Under the pieces are notes generated by a model. That model was not told the DNA's origin. It was given only the letters and a program-made list of their open reading frames with translations, and did not search any database. DNA of 64,000 nucleotides, from NCBI GenBank assembly GCA_018667355.1, contig JABIVC010000009.1, positions 18,665 to 82,664 on the forward strand. The letters are read 5' to 3'. Position 1 is the stretch's first letter, and each line of letters opens with the position of its first letter. Below, piece by piece: positions 39,658-49,784 of the stretch. The DNA is from Gammaproteobacteria bacterium. GTDB taxonomy: Bacteria; Pseudomonadota; Gammaproteobacteria; GCA-002705445; GCA-002716945. Made by a program: the position numbers and the translations under genes.

Positions 39658-41172
39658 ATGTTTTTCCGTCACTTGTTTACAAACAAAAGATTTTTGTTAC
39701 TAATTTCATCCATACTTCTATTATTTGCTTCAGTTCTAGGCTCAAGTGAATCAAAAATATATCACCTCATAATACATTTCGATATAACTACTATTATGGA
39801 ACACTATTCAGAATCTGATACATTCTTCAGAACACCAAGCACTCCATTAAGAATATTCTTATTCTCTATTTCTGCCAGTATGTTAATCTTAATTCCATTA
39901 TTAAAATTACCTACGATCTCGTATGAAAGTAAACATTTCAAGATTATTACAAAATATCTAATCGTCGTGTTTATGTTATCTATCTTATCTACTGAAAATT
40001 TATATAATATCGCCGCTTTAATCCTATTATTTATATCAATAATTTATTTAATATTTTTTTCATCAAAGAAATTTAGTCTCTTAGAAAAATATTTTCTTTC
40101 ATCGTATTTTTTAATATTTTATTATCCTTTTTTACATTCTTTTTTTATAGAAACTAATTTAGCAGAAATGGATAATTCAATACGATTCTTATTTGCTATA
40201 CCCGTATATTGCTTAATTAGAGAGATGAAGATAAATGAAGAGTATTTTAAGTTTATTGTGAATCATACTTCGCTAACAATAGGTCTTTTTGCAATATATT
40301 TTTCTTTTTCTCATGAATCTCTTAGAGTTAGTGGTTATACAAGTACTGCAACAATTTTTGGCAATATTGCACTGTTATTTTCATGCTTGTCCTTGTTATC
40401 CATGAAGTCTTTTAATCATAAATTTTTTAAGTATTATCCATTAATTTCTGGAATAATTGCTTTTTACGCTTGGAGCTTAACTGGCTCTAGAAGTTCATTA
40501 CTAATTTTACCTGTTTTTTTAACTATTTTTCTCTTTTCTAAAGACATAAGGAGTAATTTTTTATTTAAAGTCGATTTAAAATCATTAACCATGTTCTTTG
40601 TGGTTATGGCTATAATATTCTCTCAATCAACTGTATTTAATAGAATGGTTAATTCTTATGAATCATCTTATTCATATTTGTTTGAAAATGGAGAATATAA
40701 TTGGAGACATAAAGATAGCTTAGTACCAAGATTGACAATATGGAAAGGTTCTACAAATATAATATCTGAATACCCCCTTTTAGGTATAGGCCAAAGTAAT
40801 TTTAACAATCATTTAGTTCTTCAGATAAAAGATAAAAAAATTAATCCAATACGAAATAGTCCTGAAATGTTGGCAGCAGGGTTAAATCATGCGCACAACC
40901 AATATTTAGATACCTTTGCTAAGACAGGTATAATTGGTTTTATTATTCTAATATTCTTTATTTACATGAATTTATTATTCTTCTCGAAAAAGTATGTTAA
41001 TAATAGAAACTGTTTTTATTCTAAAGCGGGTTTATTTACTATTATCTCATATTCGACATATATGCTTAATCACACTATACTTTCACATCAGCAATCATCA
41101 TTGTTTTTATCATTTTTTTTGATAATTGTGGCTGCTTTAGCTAATAATAATATTTTAAAGGAAAAAGTATGA
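39658..41172 (+). CDS. waaL: O-antigen ligase family protein (Wzy_C/WaaL)
   Basis: Multiple TM segments, TGSRSS, R-x-x-IW, PLLGIG and HAHNQYLD. Confidence 0.85.
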   Translation: MFFRHLFTNKRFLLLISSILLLFASVLGSSESKIYHLIIHFDITTIMEHYSESDTFFRTPSTPLRIFLFSISASMLILIPLLKLPTISYESKHFKIITKYLIVVFMLSILSTENLYNIAALILLFISIIYLIFFSSKKFSLLEKYFLSSYFLIFYYPFLHSFFIETNLAEMDNSIRFLFAIPVYCLIREMKINEEYFKFIVNHTSLTIGLFAIYFSFSHESLRVSGYTSTATIFGNIALLFSCLSLLSMKSFNHKFFKYYPLISGIIAFYAWSLTGSRSSLLILPVFLTIFLFSKDIRSNFLFKVDLKSLTMFFVVMAIIFSQSTVFNRMVNSYESSYSYLFENGEYNWRHKDSLVPRLTIWKGSTNIISEYPLLGIGQSNFNNHLVLQIKDKKINPIRNSPEMLAAGLNHAHNQYLDTFAKTGIIGFIILIFFIYMNLLFFSKKYVNNRNCFYSKAGLFTIISYSTYMLNHTILSHQQSSLFLSFFLIIVAALANNNILKEKV

Positions 41173-42500
41173 AAATAACTATTATAGGGTGCGGTTATGT
41201 TGGGCTAGTGACTGGGGCATGTATGTCAGATATTGGACATGATGTTCTTTGTCTTGATATTGATGCTGCAAAAATTAAAAAATTAAACAAAGGTGTTATA
41301 CCAATTTATGAAAAAGGCCTTGATAGCATCGTATCTTTCAATCTAAAGAAGAAGAGATTAAATTTTACCACATCATATAAAAAAGCTGTTACTCATTCTG
41401 ATATCATTTTTATTGCTGTGGATACGCCTTCTAAAAAGAATGGCGATGCAGACTTATCTAGTATAGTGAAAACTTCTCAAAGCATTTCACAACATATGTC
41501 TAGGGATAAAATTATCATTGAAAAATCCACTGTACCAGTTGGGACGTCAGATTATATTCAGACTATCATCATGAAAGGTCTTAAATTAAGAAATAAAAAA
41601 CTAAATATTTCAATGGTATCAAATCCAGAATTTCTTAAAGAAGGCTCTGCCGTGGATGATTTTATGAAACCAGACAGAATAATAATAGGTCTTGATAACC
41701 AAGAATTGCAGCATATTTTTAATGAAATGTATCTCCCATTTAATCGCAAGTATAATAAAATTCATTATATGGATGTTAAGTCAGCTGAGCTAACCAAGTA
41801 TGCTGCAAATGCAATGCTAGCGACAAAGATTAGTTTTATTAACGAAATTGCTATACTTTCAGATAAACTAGGTGTTGATATTGAAAGTATAAGAAAAGGT
41901 ATTGGTGCAGATAAAAGAATAGGCAAAGAATTTCTTTACCCTGGATGTGGTTACGGAGGATCTTGCTTCCCAAAAGATGTGAAGGCGCTGATATCTACCG
42001 CAAAGAAGATATCTGTTGAAACATCACTATTAAAATCAGTGCATCAAGTTAATGATGCTCAGAAGCAATACCTTGTAGAAAAAGTTAAGCATATATTTAA
42101 AAATAAAATTAAAGGTAAAAAATTTGCAATATGGGGCTTAGCATTTAAACCAAATACAGATGATGTACGTGATGCTCCAAGCATTACTATTATCAAATCT
42201 CTTCTTAATGGAGGCGCTCATGTCATTGCTTATGATCCAATAGCATCTCTGGCAGAAATTATTAACTCTAGCCGCTACAATGAAGTATCTACTGCAATCT
42301 CTGCTCTACATGATGTAGATGCGTTAATTATATGCACTGAATGGAAAGAGTTCTGGTCAATAAATACTGATATATTCATTGATAATATGAAAAAACCTAT
42401 TATATTTGATGGTCGTAACATATTTTCACCAGAAAAGATGATGCGAAATTCCATTGAGTACTATGGTGTTGGGAGAGGTTTAAGCCTTTCAAAAAAATAG
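41169..42500 (+). CDS. ugd: UDP-glucose 6-dehydrogenase
   Basis: G-x-GYVG, EKSTVPVG, NPEFLKEG, GYGGSCFPKD and LAFKPNTDD. Confidence 0.95.
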   Translation: MKITIIGCGYVGLVTGACMSDIGHDVLCLDIDAAKIKKLNKGVIPIYEKGLDSIVSFNLKKKRLNFTTSYKKAVTHSDIIFIAVDTPSKKNGDADLSSIVKTSQSISQHMSRDKIIIEKSTVPVGTSDYIQTIIMKGLKLRNKKLNISMVSNPEFLKEGSAVDDFMKPDRIIIGLDNQELQHIFNEMYLPFNRKYNKIHYMDVKSAELTKYAANAMLATKISFINEIAILSDKLGVDIESIRKGIGADKRIGKEFLYPGCGYGGSCFPKDVKALISTAKKISVETSLLKSVHQVNDAQKQYLVEKVKHIFKNKIKGKKFAIWGLAFKPNTDDVRDAPSITIIKSLLNGGAHVIAYDPIASLAEIINSSRYNEVSTAISALHDVDALIICTEWKEFWSINTDIFIDNMKKPIIFDGRNIFSPEKMMRNSIEYYGVGRGLSLSKK

Positions 42501-42516
42501 CTAAGACCATTATAAT
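42488..42516 (+). promoter_or_regulatory. Putative promoter of rfaH and the glycan operon
   Basis: TTCAAA (42488-42493), 17-nt spacer, TATAAT (42511-42516). Confidence 0.5.
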
Positions 42517-42530
42517 ACGCTGATATTCTC

Positions 42531-42549
42531 ATGTTCATGCCGTGAACAT
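42531..42549. promoter_or_regulatory. Palindrome copy 1, putative operator
   Basis: ATGTTCA-tgccg-TGAACAT. Confidence 0.7.
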
Positions 42550-42586
42550 AAATACCTTGATTTTTGCCTATCATTAAGTTAATTTT

Positions 42587-42609
42587 ATATGTTCATGGGG
42601 TGAACATAT
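42587..42609. promoter_or_regulatory. Palindrome copy 2, putative operator overlapping the rfaH RBS
   Basis: ATATGTTCA-tgggg-TGAACATAT; its 19-bp core is 17/19 identical to copy 1. Confidence 0.7.
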
Positions 42610-42610
42610 T

Positions 42611-43105
42611 GTGTGGATATTAGCTAAAACTAAGTGTAGACAAGAGGTGAGAGCAGAAAAAAACCTTAATAATCAGGGATTTAAATGCTTTTTGCCAACT
42701 ATTAATGTAAAAAAATTTATTAATAATGTCTGGACTGAAAAGAAAGAGGTCATGTTTTCGGGGTATTTATTTATAAATATAGCTAATCTAGCCCACAAAA
42801 TGCATAAAATTAATAATACATATGGTATTTCTAAATTATTAATCGATAAAGGCACAGGTTCTCCATATATAATCAATAATAGCTTAATCGAAGAAGTATC
42901 AGAAGAAGCGTCAAGAGCAAGTGATCGAGATAGTATAGAAAACGGAGATGCTGTAGTTATAACCAATGGTAAACTATCAACTTTTTCGGGTATTTTCCTG
43001 GAAAAATGTAGTAAATACAGAGCAAAATTATTAGTAACTTTTTTGAATAGTGAACAAGAACTAGTGGTAGATATTTCAGATATACAAAAAGTATATTTGA
43101 ATTAG
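42611..43105 (+). CDS. rfaH: RfaH-like NusG paralog (antitermination factor)
   Basis: W-x-x-x-x-TK-x-RQE-x-RA-x-x-NL-x-x-QG, F-x-GYLF, INNTYGI and KOW-like GDAVVITNG; GTG start. Confidence 0.88.
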   Translation: MWILAKTKCRQEVRAEKNLNNQGFKCFLPTINVKKFINNVWTEKKEVMFSGYLFINIANLAHKMHKINNTYGISKLLIDKGTGSPYIINNSLIEEVSEEASRASDRDSIENGDAVVITNGKLSTFSGIFLEKCSKYRAKLLVTFLNSEQELVVDISDIQKVYLN

Positions 43106-43123
43106 TTCTACTTATTGTCAAAC

Positions 43124-43161
43124 CTGATAGACATGTTTATGACTATTAGTGCGGTAGCCTG
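43124..43161 (+). promoter_or_regulatory. JUMPstart/ops-like element
   Basis: Hairpin CTGATAG...CTATTAG followed by GCGGTAGCCTG (ops consensus GGCGGTAGnnTG), ending 13 nt before the GT2 ATG. Confidence 0.7.
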
Positions 43162-43174
43162 TCTAAATAAAAAA

Positions 43175-44092
43175 ATGAGTATATCAGTTATCATTCCTTA
43201 TTATAATGAATCAGAAACTATCCTAAAAACGCTTAGGTCTATAGCATGTCAAAGTTATACACCTGATGAAGTATTACTAATTGATTCCGGTTCAACAGAT
43301 AAGACTTCATTATTAATAGATGAATGGATCAAGACCAATAAAATGAACCAATATAGAAATATATACTCTGGAATGATGTCACCTAGCTCATCTATAAATA
43401 AAGGCATTAAGAATTCAAAAAATAAACTTATAGCATATATGGATTGTGGTCTTGAAATACCCAAGAATTGGTTAATGAGTAATTATAAATTATTAAATAA
43501 AGCTGAGAGTGATATAGTGTCTACAGTCATTTATACAGCTGGAAAAAGTATTATTGATCAATCATTTATATCTCAGACTTATGGATATCAAAATAAAACA
43601 GTATGTCTTCCTGGGTCTTTAATTAATAAAAAAGTATTTAACAAAATAGGATATTTAATTGAATCAGTCAGAGCTGGTTATGATATAGATTTTGTAAATA
43701 AACTCAAAAAGTCAAATATTAAAAGAGTAGTGAATAGAGATATAGCTCTAAAATATTATAATTTTAATTATTGCCAAACATTTTTATCAGGATTTAAAAA
43801 AGTATATTCATATTCTCTTTCTGGATGGAAAACAAAAGGTGATATTAAGCCAGCAATATATATATCAATGTTTTTTTTATTTTTAATTTCAATGTATTTA
43901 GAGTCTTATTACTTATTAATACTATATCTATTAACTAGAGGTTTTATGATTCCATTTTATAAATCAAATTATAATATATTAATGTTATTACCACATAGAG
44001 TTATATTTAACTGTATTACTGGAATGATAATTGAAATATCAAGAGTAATAGCATATTCAAATATATTTAGAATGAAGAGTAGTGAGGGATAA
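43175..44092 (+). CDS. Glycosyltransferase family 2
   Basis: [17 protein letters not shown] and YMDCG. Start moved to ATG 43175. Confidence 0.9.
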   Translation: MSISVIIPYYNESETILKTLRSIACQSYTPDEVLLIDSGSTDKTSLLIDEWIKTNKMNQYRNIYSGMMSPSSSINKGIKNSKNKLIAYMDCGLEIPKNWLMSNYKLLNKAESDIVSTVIYTAGKSIIDQSFISQTYGYQNKTVCLPGSLINKKVFNKIGYLIESVRAGYDIDFVNKLKKSNIKRVVNRDIALKYYNFNYCQTFLSGFKKVYSYSLSGWKTKGDIKPAIYISMFFLFLISMYLESYYLLILYLLTRGFMIPFYKSNYNILMLLPHRVIFNCITGMIIEISRVIAYSNIFRMKSSEG

Positions 44093-44099
44093 GCCATTT

Positions 44100-44468
44100 A
44101 TGTCAAAAAAAGAAAATATTGATAATGATTTAAAGGTAATTAGATATTTGCATGATAGGCAAAATACTAATCAACGAGAAATGTCAGAATCATTAAATAT
44201 TAGCCTCGGAAAAGTAAACTATATTTTGAAAGCTTTGATGGAGAAAGGTATAATCAAGGCTAGAAATTTTAAAAGCAATAAGAATAAGCGTGCATATATG
44301 TACTTTTTGACACCTAAAGGTATTGAAGAAAAAGCAAAGCTAACACTCAGCTTTTTTGACAGAAAAAGTCAAGAATATGATAGACTCAAGAAAGAACTTA
44401 TAGAATTAAAAAAAGATATGGAAGACACTGCGGTAAATAACTCAAATAAAGGTAAAGAGAATGACTGA
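44100..44468 (+). CDS. EPS-associated MarR-family transcriptional regulator
   Basis: QRE[23 protein letters not shown], NF[21 protein letters not shown] and EYD-x-LK match the TIGR04176-type pattern. Confidence 0.9.
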   Translation: MSKKENIDNDLKVIRYLHDRQNTNQREMSESLNISLGKVNYILKALMEKGIIKARNFKSNKNKRAYMYFLTPKGIEEKAKLTLSFFDRKSQEYDRLKKELIELKKDMEDTAVNNSNKGKEND

Positions 44469-45501
44469 TGAGATAAATTTAGATAATTTTTTAAAAAAAA
44501 TAGTTGAGAGCAAGAATATTTTATTAGGTATTATAATTATTAGTTTTGTGTCCTCTATATTTATTGCCCTATCTAAAACTGAAACATTTAAAGCAGATGC
44601 ATACCTAATACCTCCAGAAAGTAGATATATTCAACCATTAAATGTTTTTTTATCGGATGGATATAGATTGGATAGAAGTTCGTTTACCAGAGGAGATGTC
44701 TATAGAACATTTGTCCTCAACATGCAATCAAGAAAATTCCAAAGAAGATTTTTCTTTGAAAAAGAAATATATAAAAATTATGAGGAAACCAATCTTGAGA
44801 AGTCATTCGAAGTTAATTTTTATAACAATATGAGATTTTCTTTAGACTCTAAAATTACTGATAGAAGTAATAGGCAAGAACAGTTTCTAAAGGTTAGTTT
44901 TATTGGTTTAAATCCTGAATTATCTGCTAAATGGCTAAATGATTATATTCAAATGGTCAATATCATAACATCCCAGGATTTTGTCGATGGTGTAAATGTT
45001 TTGATTTCAAATACTAAAAATACATTATCCTCAGAAATTAATAGCAAAAAAAATCTAGCTGAACAGATAAAGCAAGACAGAATAGTTTTACTAGAAGAAG
45101 CTTTTTCTATTGCCGAAGATCTTAACATCATTGATAGAGAAAAGAGTTTGTCTAATCAACAAAATGTCATCTTAAGTAAAGATGAAAATATAAGTTCAAA
45201 ATCTCCGCTCTATTTATTAGGTACTAAAGCAATAAGATCAGAGATTAATACATTAAAGAATCGTAATAACTCAGAATCATTCATCCCTGGGTTCAGACAA
45301 CTTCAAGAGAAGGCCAAAGCATTAGATTCAATAAAGGTAGATGCTGTGAATGTAAGATCAGCTCAAATTGACCAAAAAGCTATCACACCTATTTCACGGT
45401 ATGAACCCAAAAGAAAGCTTATAGTTTTATTAGGATTAATCACAGGATTCTTTATATCTTTCTTATATGTTCTCGCGATGTTTATTATTTCTAGAAAATA
45501 A
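44461..45501 (+). CDS. wzz: Chain-length determinant Wzz/FepE
   Basis: Two terminal TM helices, a coiled periplasmic region, and P-x-x-x-x-x-PKRKLI-x-x-LG-x-x-x-G. Confidence 0.9.
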   Translation: MTDEINLDNFLKKIVESKNILLGIIIISFVSSIFIALSKTETFKADAYLIPPESRYIQPLNVFLSDGYRLDRSSFTRGDVYRTFVLNMQSRKFQRRFFFEKEIYKNYEETNLEKSFEVNFYNNMRFSLDSKITDRSNRQEQFLKVSFIGLNPELSAKWLNDYIQMVNIITSQDFVDGVNVLISNTKNTLSSEINSKKNLAEQIKQDRIVLLEEAFSIAEDLNIIDREKSLSNQQNVILSKDENISSKSPLYLLGTKAIRSEINTLKNRNNSESFIPGFRQLQEKAKALDSIKVDAVNVRSAQIDQKAITPISRYEPKRKLIVLLGLITGFFISFLYVLAMFIISRK

Positions 45502-45583
45502 TTCATATTATTAAAATACTTCAGATAACATCGTAATTAGCATCACATATTATATTATACTGAATAAAGTCTAAATTCTTGCA

Positions 45584-46930
45584 ATGACTACTTATAACAT
45601 CAACTACTATAATATTCTTAAACTCACCTTATTGTTTTTATTCATAGGGGTTTTTTTAAAAGCTATATCAAAGCCACCGGCTGTACTTATTGAGTTAGTG
45701 CTCATTCTGAGTCTATTAGGCATATCACTAATATACTTATTTGAGAAGTTTCAGATAAATTCACTTCATACTATTGTTCTATACATATTTTTTCTTTACT
45801 TGATAGGACATTTTTTAGTCGCAACTATTATGAGGCCTGATGAGTTAAATTTACCTTTTTATAAAGTTTTACAATATAACTTGCTTGAGTTTAGACTCTC
45901 ATCACTGGGTTATTTCTTGCCACTTATATTTATACCATTGAGTAAGTTTAATACTGAAAAATTTGAAAAATATCTGATTGTATTAATCAAGTTTTCAGTA
46001 ATATACACATTACTTGAACAGTTTATCTCCTTAATAGGATTTCGTTATATTTTTGAAATTGCATATTCAAATACAAGCGTTGTTACTTCTAATTTAGTAG
46101 GAGTTAAAACTCTTGGGTTGTATAGAATATGGGGCTTAATGGGTGCACCACAATTATTAGGTGTATTTCATGTAATAACTTTATTCTATTTTATGGAAAA
46201 AGGAATGAAAGGGTGGTCAATTGCCAGTATATTTGCTGTGATTGCTAGTACTTCCAAGACTGCCTATGTAATTCTTATATTGCTTGGTTTTTTATATTTA
46301 CTCTATAAAAGAAAATATTTTATATTTATATTATTATCAGGGTTTGGTATTTTTGCCATTATCGCTTCTTTCGCTACTTATTTTTATTTAATTAGAGATG
46401 GTATATACACTGACGAGTATCCGAAATTTATACAATTTGTTGGTTCAGTTCACGGTTATTATCTACTTTTGGATCAAGTAAGGTATATAAAAGAAAATGA
46501 AGATGGCACTGGAATGCAAGATTTCTTTAGCCAAGGAGGAATCTTAACCACTTTAGCAACTTATTATCATAACAATCCACTGGATATTTATCTTGGGAAG
46601 GGTATGTCTTATTCTATATTCAAGTATAGTGGTGGAAGCAGTACAGATCCTCTGTTTGCATACAAATACTTAACATCTGAATATTATATCCTGACATATT
46701 TCAATCAATATGGTATTTTAGGTCTTGCGCTTTTCTTGTATTTATTCTTGGTTTACCCTGTGTATAAAATTTTAAAAGGTTGCGAGATATACTACTTCAT
46801 TCCTGTTGCATTCTTTTTAGCAACATTACATTATCCGCCACAAATACCAAAATTAATGATGGTCTTGGTTGGCTATGCTATGTGGAAAATTTATATTGGT
46901 TATATTAGGGAAGAACGTGATGCTAAATAA
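45584..46930 (+). CDS. wzy: Putative O-antigen polymerase Wzy
   Basis: About 10-12 hydrophobic segments with a large periplasmic loop; directly follows wzz. Confidence 0.65.
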   Translation: MTTYNINYYNILKLTLLFLFIGVFLKAISKPPAVLIELVLILSLLGISLIYLFEKFQINSLHTIVLYIFFLYLIGHFLVATIMRPDELNLPFYKVLQYNLLEFRLSSLGYFLPLIFIPLSKFNTEKFEKYLIVLIKFSVIYTLLEQFISLIGFRYIFEIAYSNTSVVTSNLVGVKTLGLYRIWGLMGAPQLLGVFHVITLFYFMEKGMKGWSIASIFAVIASTSKTAYVILILLGFLYLLYKRKYFIFILLSGFGIFAIIASFATYFYLIRDGIYTDEYPKFIQFVGSVHGYYLLLDQVRYIKENEDGTGMQDFFSQGGILTTLATYYHNNPLDIYLGKGMSYSIFKYSGGSSTDPLFAYKYLTSEYYILTYFNQYGILGLALFLYLFLVYPVYKILKGCEIYYFIPVAFFLATLHYPPQIPKLMMVLVGYAMWKIYIGYIREERDAK

Positions 46931-47609
46931 AAAGCCTACAGTTATCATATTATGTGGTGGCAAGGGAATGAGATTAAGGCCTATAACTAATGATTTACCA
47001 AAACCATTAATCCCGATATCTGGAAAACCTGTTTTACATTATATAATTAATCAATGTATGAAATATGATTTAGATAAATTTGTTATTGCAACTGGATATA
47101 AGTCTAAAAAAATCAGTGAGTTCATAGATAGTAATTTTAGAGACTTAGATTGCGCATTAGTTGACTCTGGTGATTCTGATATAATTAATAGGATAAGGGA
47201 TTGTCTTGATCTTATTGATGATGACTTTATCTTATGCTACGGGGACACAATTTCAGATATTAATTTAAATAATTTACAAGAATATCATAAACTACAGTCA
47301 AATATTTCTACAGTGACATCTTTTCCAATCTTAATTCCATTCGGAGTAATGAGTCTTGATGATGATAATTATGTAAAAAGTTTCATAGAGAAGCCAGTAT
47401 TAAAAGACGTAATGAATATTGGTTATTTTTACTTTTCCAAGGTACATCACAATCTCTTTTTTAAACACAACAGCTTCATTGAAGTATTAGATGATTTATG
47501 TAATCAAAAAGAACTAAAGTGCTACAATCATGCTGGTATACATATAACAATAAACACAATTCAGGAACTTGAATATGCAAACGCAAACATCAGCAAAATA
47601 CTTAAATAA
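46920..47609 (+). CDS. Sugar-phosphate nucleotidyltransferase (RfbF/DdhA-like)
   Basis: ILCGGKG-x-RL, PKPL and F-x-L-x-YGD. Start moved to ATG 46920. Confidence 0.85.
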   Translation: MLNKKPTVIILCGGKGMRLRPITNDLPKPLIPISGKPVLHYIINQCMKYDLDKFVIATGYKSKKISEFIDSNFRDLDCALVDSGDSDIINRIRDCLDLIDDDFILCYGDTISDINLNNLQEYHKLQSNISTVTSFPILIPFGVMSLDDDNYVKSFIEKPVLKDVMNIGYFYFSKVHHNLFFKHNSFIEVLDDLCNQKELKCYNHAGIHITINTIQELEYANANISKILK

Positions 47610-48642
47610 GAGTTTTTGGAAAAATAAAAATGTGCTAGTAACCGGAATCAACGGTTTTATTGGTGGTAACTTAGCAAAAGTCTTATTAAGCCTAGGGGCA
47701 ACTGTAATTGGTATCACAAACAAAAACTATAAAAATAAATTTCTTATATTTGAAAAAATTCATAACAAATTAAATTTTCATAAAGTAGATATTAAAAATT
47801 ATTCTGCTCTAGAAAAGGTAGTGAACCTCTATAGTATCGATATGTGTATACACTTAGCTGCACAAGTGGATGTTAATATCGCTAAAACTAATCCTTATGA
47901 AACATTTGAGGCCAATATCAAAGGAACATATAACCTTTTAGAAATTTTGAGAAAAAAAGGAAACATCAAATCAATAGTGATTGCTTCTTCTGACAAAGCA
48001 TATGGCGAATATAAAGTATCAGATTTGCCATATAAAGAAGATTATGACTTAAGACCTTTGTACCCATATGATGTATCAAAGGCCGCAGCAGATATGATTG
48101 CTAAATCATATGCATCGGATTTATTCTCATTACCAGTTATAACAACAAGATTTGCAAATATATATGGACCAGGACAACTTAACTTTACCGCCCTTATACC
48201 TGATTGTATATTAGCTAACCAAGGCAATAGAAAATTTATACCACGTGGAGATGGTACTAATCAAAGAGATTTCTTATATGTAGATGATGTTTGTGATTTA
48301 TATCTATGCCTCTCTTACAATCTCTATAATAATACAAAATATAAAGGTGAAATTTATAATGCTGGTACAGGGCATGGATATACAGTCAGAGAGATAGTCG
48401 AAAATATTTGTCAATTATATGATAACAGCAAGCTATTTAACCAAATTGATAAAAAATTTGTTAATAAAAAACTATCAGGAGAAATTCAACATCAGTTTAT
48501 GACATATGATAAGCTTTACAAAACATTTAAATGGCAACCAAAACATAATATAAAAGATGGGCTCATAGAAACTATAAGATGGTATGATAAATTCTTGAAA
48601 AGATATTCATACAAAAGTTTTACGGATTTAAATAAAAGATGA
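47575..48642 (+). CDS. NDP-hexose 4,6-dehydratase-like extended SDR (RfbG-like)
   Basis: FWKNKNVLVTG-x-x-GFIG, SSDKAYG and YDVSK. The start is uncertain. Confidence 0.8.
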   Translation: MQTQTSAKYLNKSFWKNKNVLVTGINGFIGGNLAKVLLSLGATVIGITNKNYKNKFLIFEKIHNKLNFHKVDIKNYSALEKVVNLYSIDMCIHLAAQVDVNIAKTNPYETFEANIKGTYNLLEILRKKGNIKSIVIASSDKAYGEYKVSDLPYKEDYDLRPLYPYDVSKAAADMIAKSYASDLFSLPVITTRFANIYGPGQLNFTALIPDCILANQGNRKFIPRGDGTNQRDFLYVDDVCDLYLCLSYNLYNNTKYKGEIYNAGTGHGYTVREIVENICQLYDNSKLFNQIDKKFVNKKLSGEIQHQFMTYDKLYKTFKWQPKHNIKDGLIETIRWYDKFLKRYSYKSFTDLNKR

Positions 48643-49784
48643 AAAGAATTTTAATATTAGGTGCTGATGGTTATCTTGGCTGGGCATCAACAGTTGCATT
48701 ACATCAAGATGGACATAAGTTGACAATAGTTGATAATTATTCAAAACGTAAATATATGAAGGAACTAAATCGTGATCCTCTCGTAACCTTACCAAAACTG
48801 AAGACTAGACTTACATCAATTAATAAGACAAGACATAAAATAAATATCTATGATAAAGATTGTACAAATTATGTAGAATTAAAAGCTATAATAAAAAAAC
48901 ATAAGCCAGAAGTTATCATTCATTTTGCAGAATTACCATCTGCTCCATTCTCAATGCTAAATAATATATATGGATGGAAAACATTGCAGAATAACATTCA
49001 AAGTACTTTTAATGTTGCTCATATTATAAAAGAGATAAATCCTGATTGTCATATTATTAAACTTGGTACCATGGGTGAATATGGAACTCCTAATATTGAT
49101 ATTGAGGAAGGATGGCTGAAAGTTAATCACAATGGCAGGAATGATAAGTTTCTCTATCCAAGGCAAGCATCTAGCCTATATCATACATCAAAAATTATGG
49201 ATACAGATTTGCTTTGGTTTTATACAAGGATGAACAATTTAAGGGTTACTGATTTAATGCAAGGACCTGTATATGGTTTATGCGTTAATTCAGCTAATGA
49301 GAAACCCATGGAATCTACTTTTACATATGATGATATATTTGGAACTGTATTAAATAGATTTATTGTCCAGGCTGTTGCAGGGATACCCTTGACAGTTTAT
49401 GGTTCTGGAAATCAGATAAGAGGTTATATCAATATTGCTGATACAATTGATTGTATACGATTAACATTAGCAAATACTCCTCATAGTGGGAAATTAAATA
49501 TTTACAACCAATTTACTCAGCAGTTTTCTGTTAATGAATTAGCAAAGTTAGTTAAAGTCTCACTTAATGAAATAGGTATTAATACTAAAATTACTAAAAT
49601 CTCTAATCCTAGAATTGAAAAAGAGAAACATTATTATAATGCAAAGCATACAAATATTAATAAAATTGGGTTGAAACCAACACTCTTGGATTCGGAAGTC
49701 ATTATAGATATTGCTAAATATGTGTTGAAGCATAAATCTAAAATTAATAAAAAAATAATAAATCCAAAGGTTAAATGGAAATGA
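48639..49784 (+). CDS. sqdB: UDP-sulfoquinovose synthase-like protein (SqdB/SQD1/Agl3 family)
   Basis: G-x-DGYLGW, HFAE-x-x-SAPFSM, KLGTMGEYGTPNIDIEEG, P-x-QASS-x-YH-x-SK and FGT-x-LNRF-x-VQA-x-x-G-x-PLTVYG. Confidence 0.85.
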   Translation: MKRILILGADGYLGWASTVALHQDGHKLTIVDNYSKRKYMKELNRDPLVTLPKLKTRLTSINKTRHKINIYDKDCTNYVELKAIIKKHKPEVIIHFAELPSAPFSMLNNIYGWKTLQNNIQSTFNVAHIIKEINPDCHIIKLGTMGEYGTPNIDIEEGWLKVNHNGRNDKFLYPRQASSLYHTSKIMDTDLLWFYTRMNNLRVTDLMQGPVYGLCVNSANEKPMESTFTYDDIFGTVLNRFIVQAVAGIPLTVYGSGNQIRGYINIADTIDCIRLTLANTPHSGKLNIYNQFTQQFSVNELAKLVKVSLNEIGINTKITKISNPRIEKEKHYYNAKHTNINKIGLKPTLLDSEVIIDIAKYVLKHKSKINKKIINPKVKWK

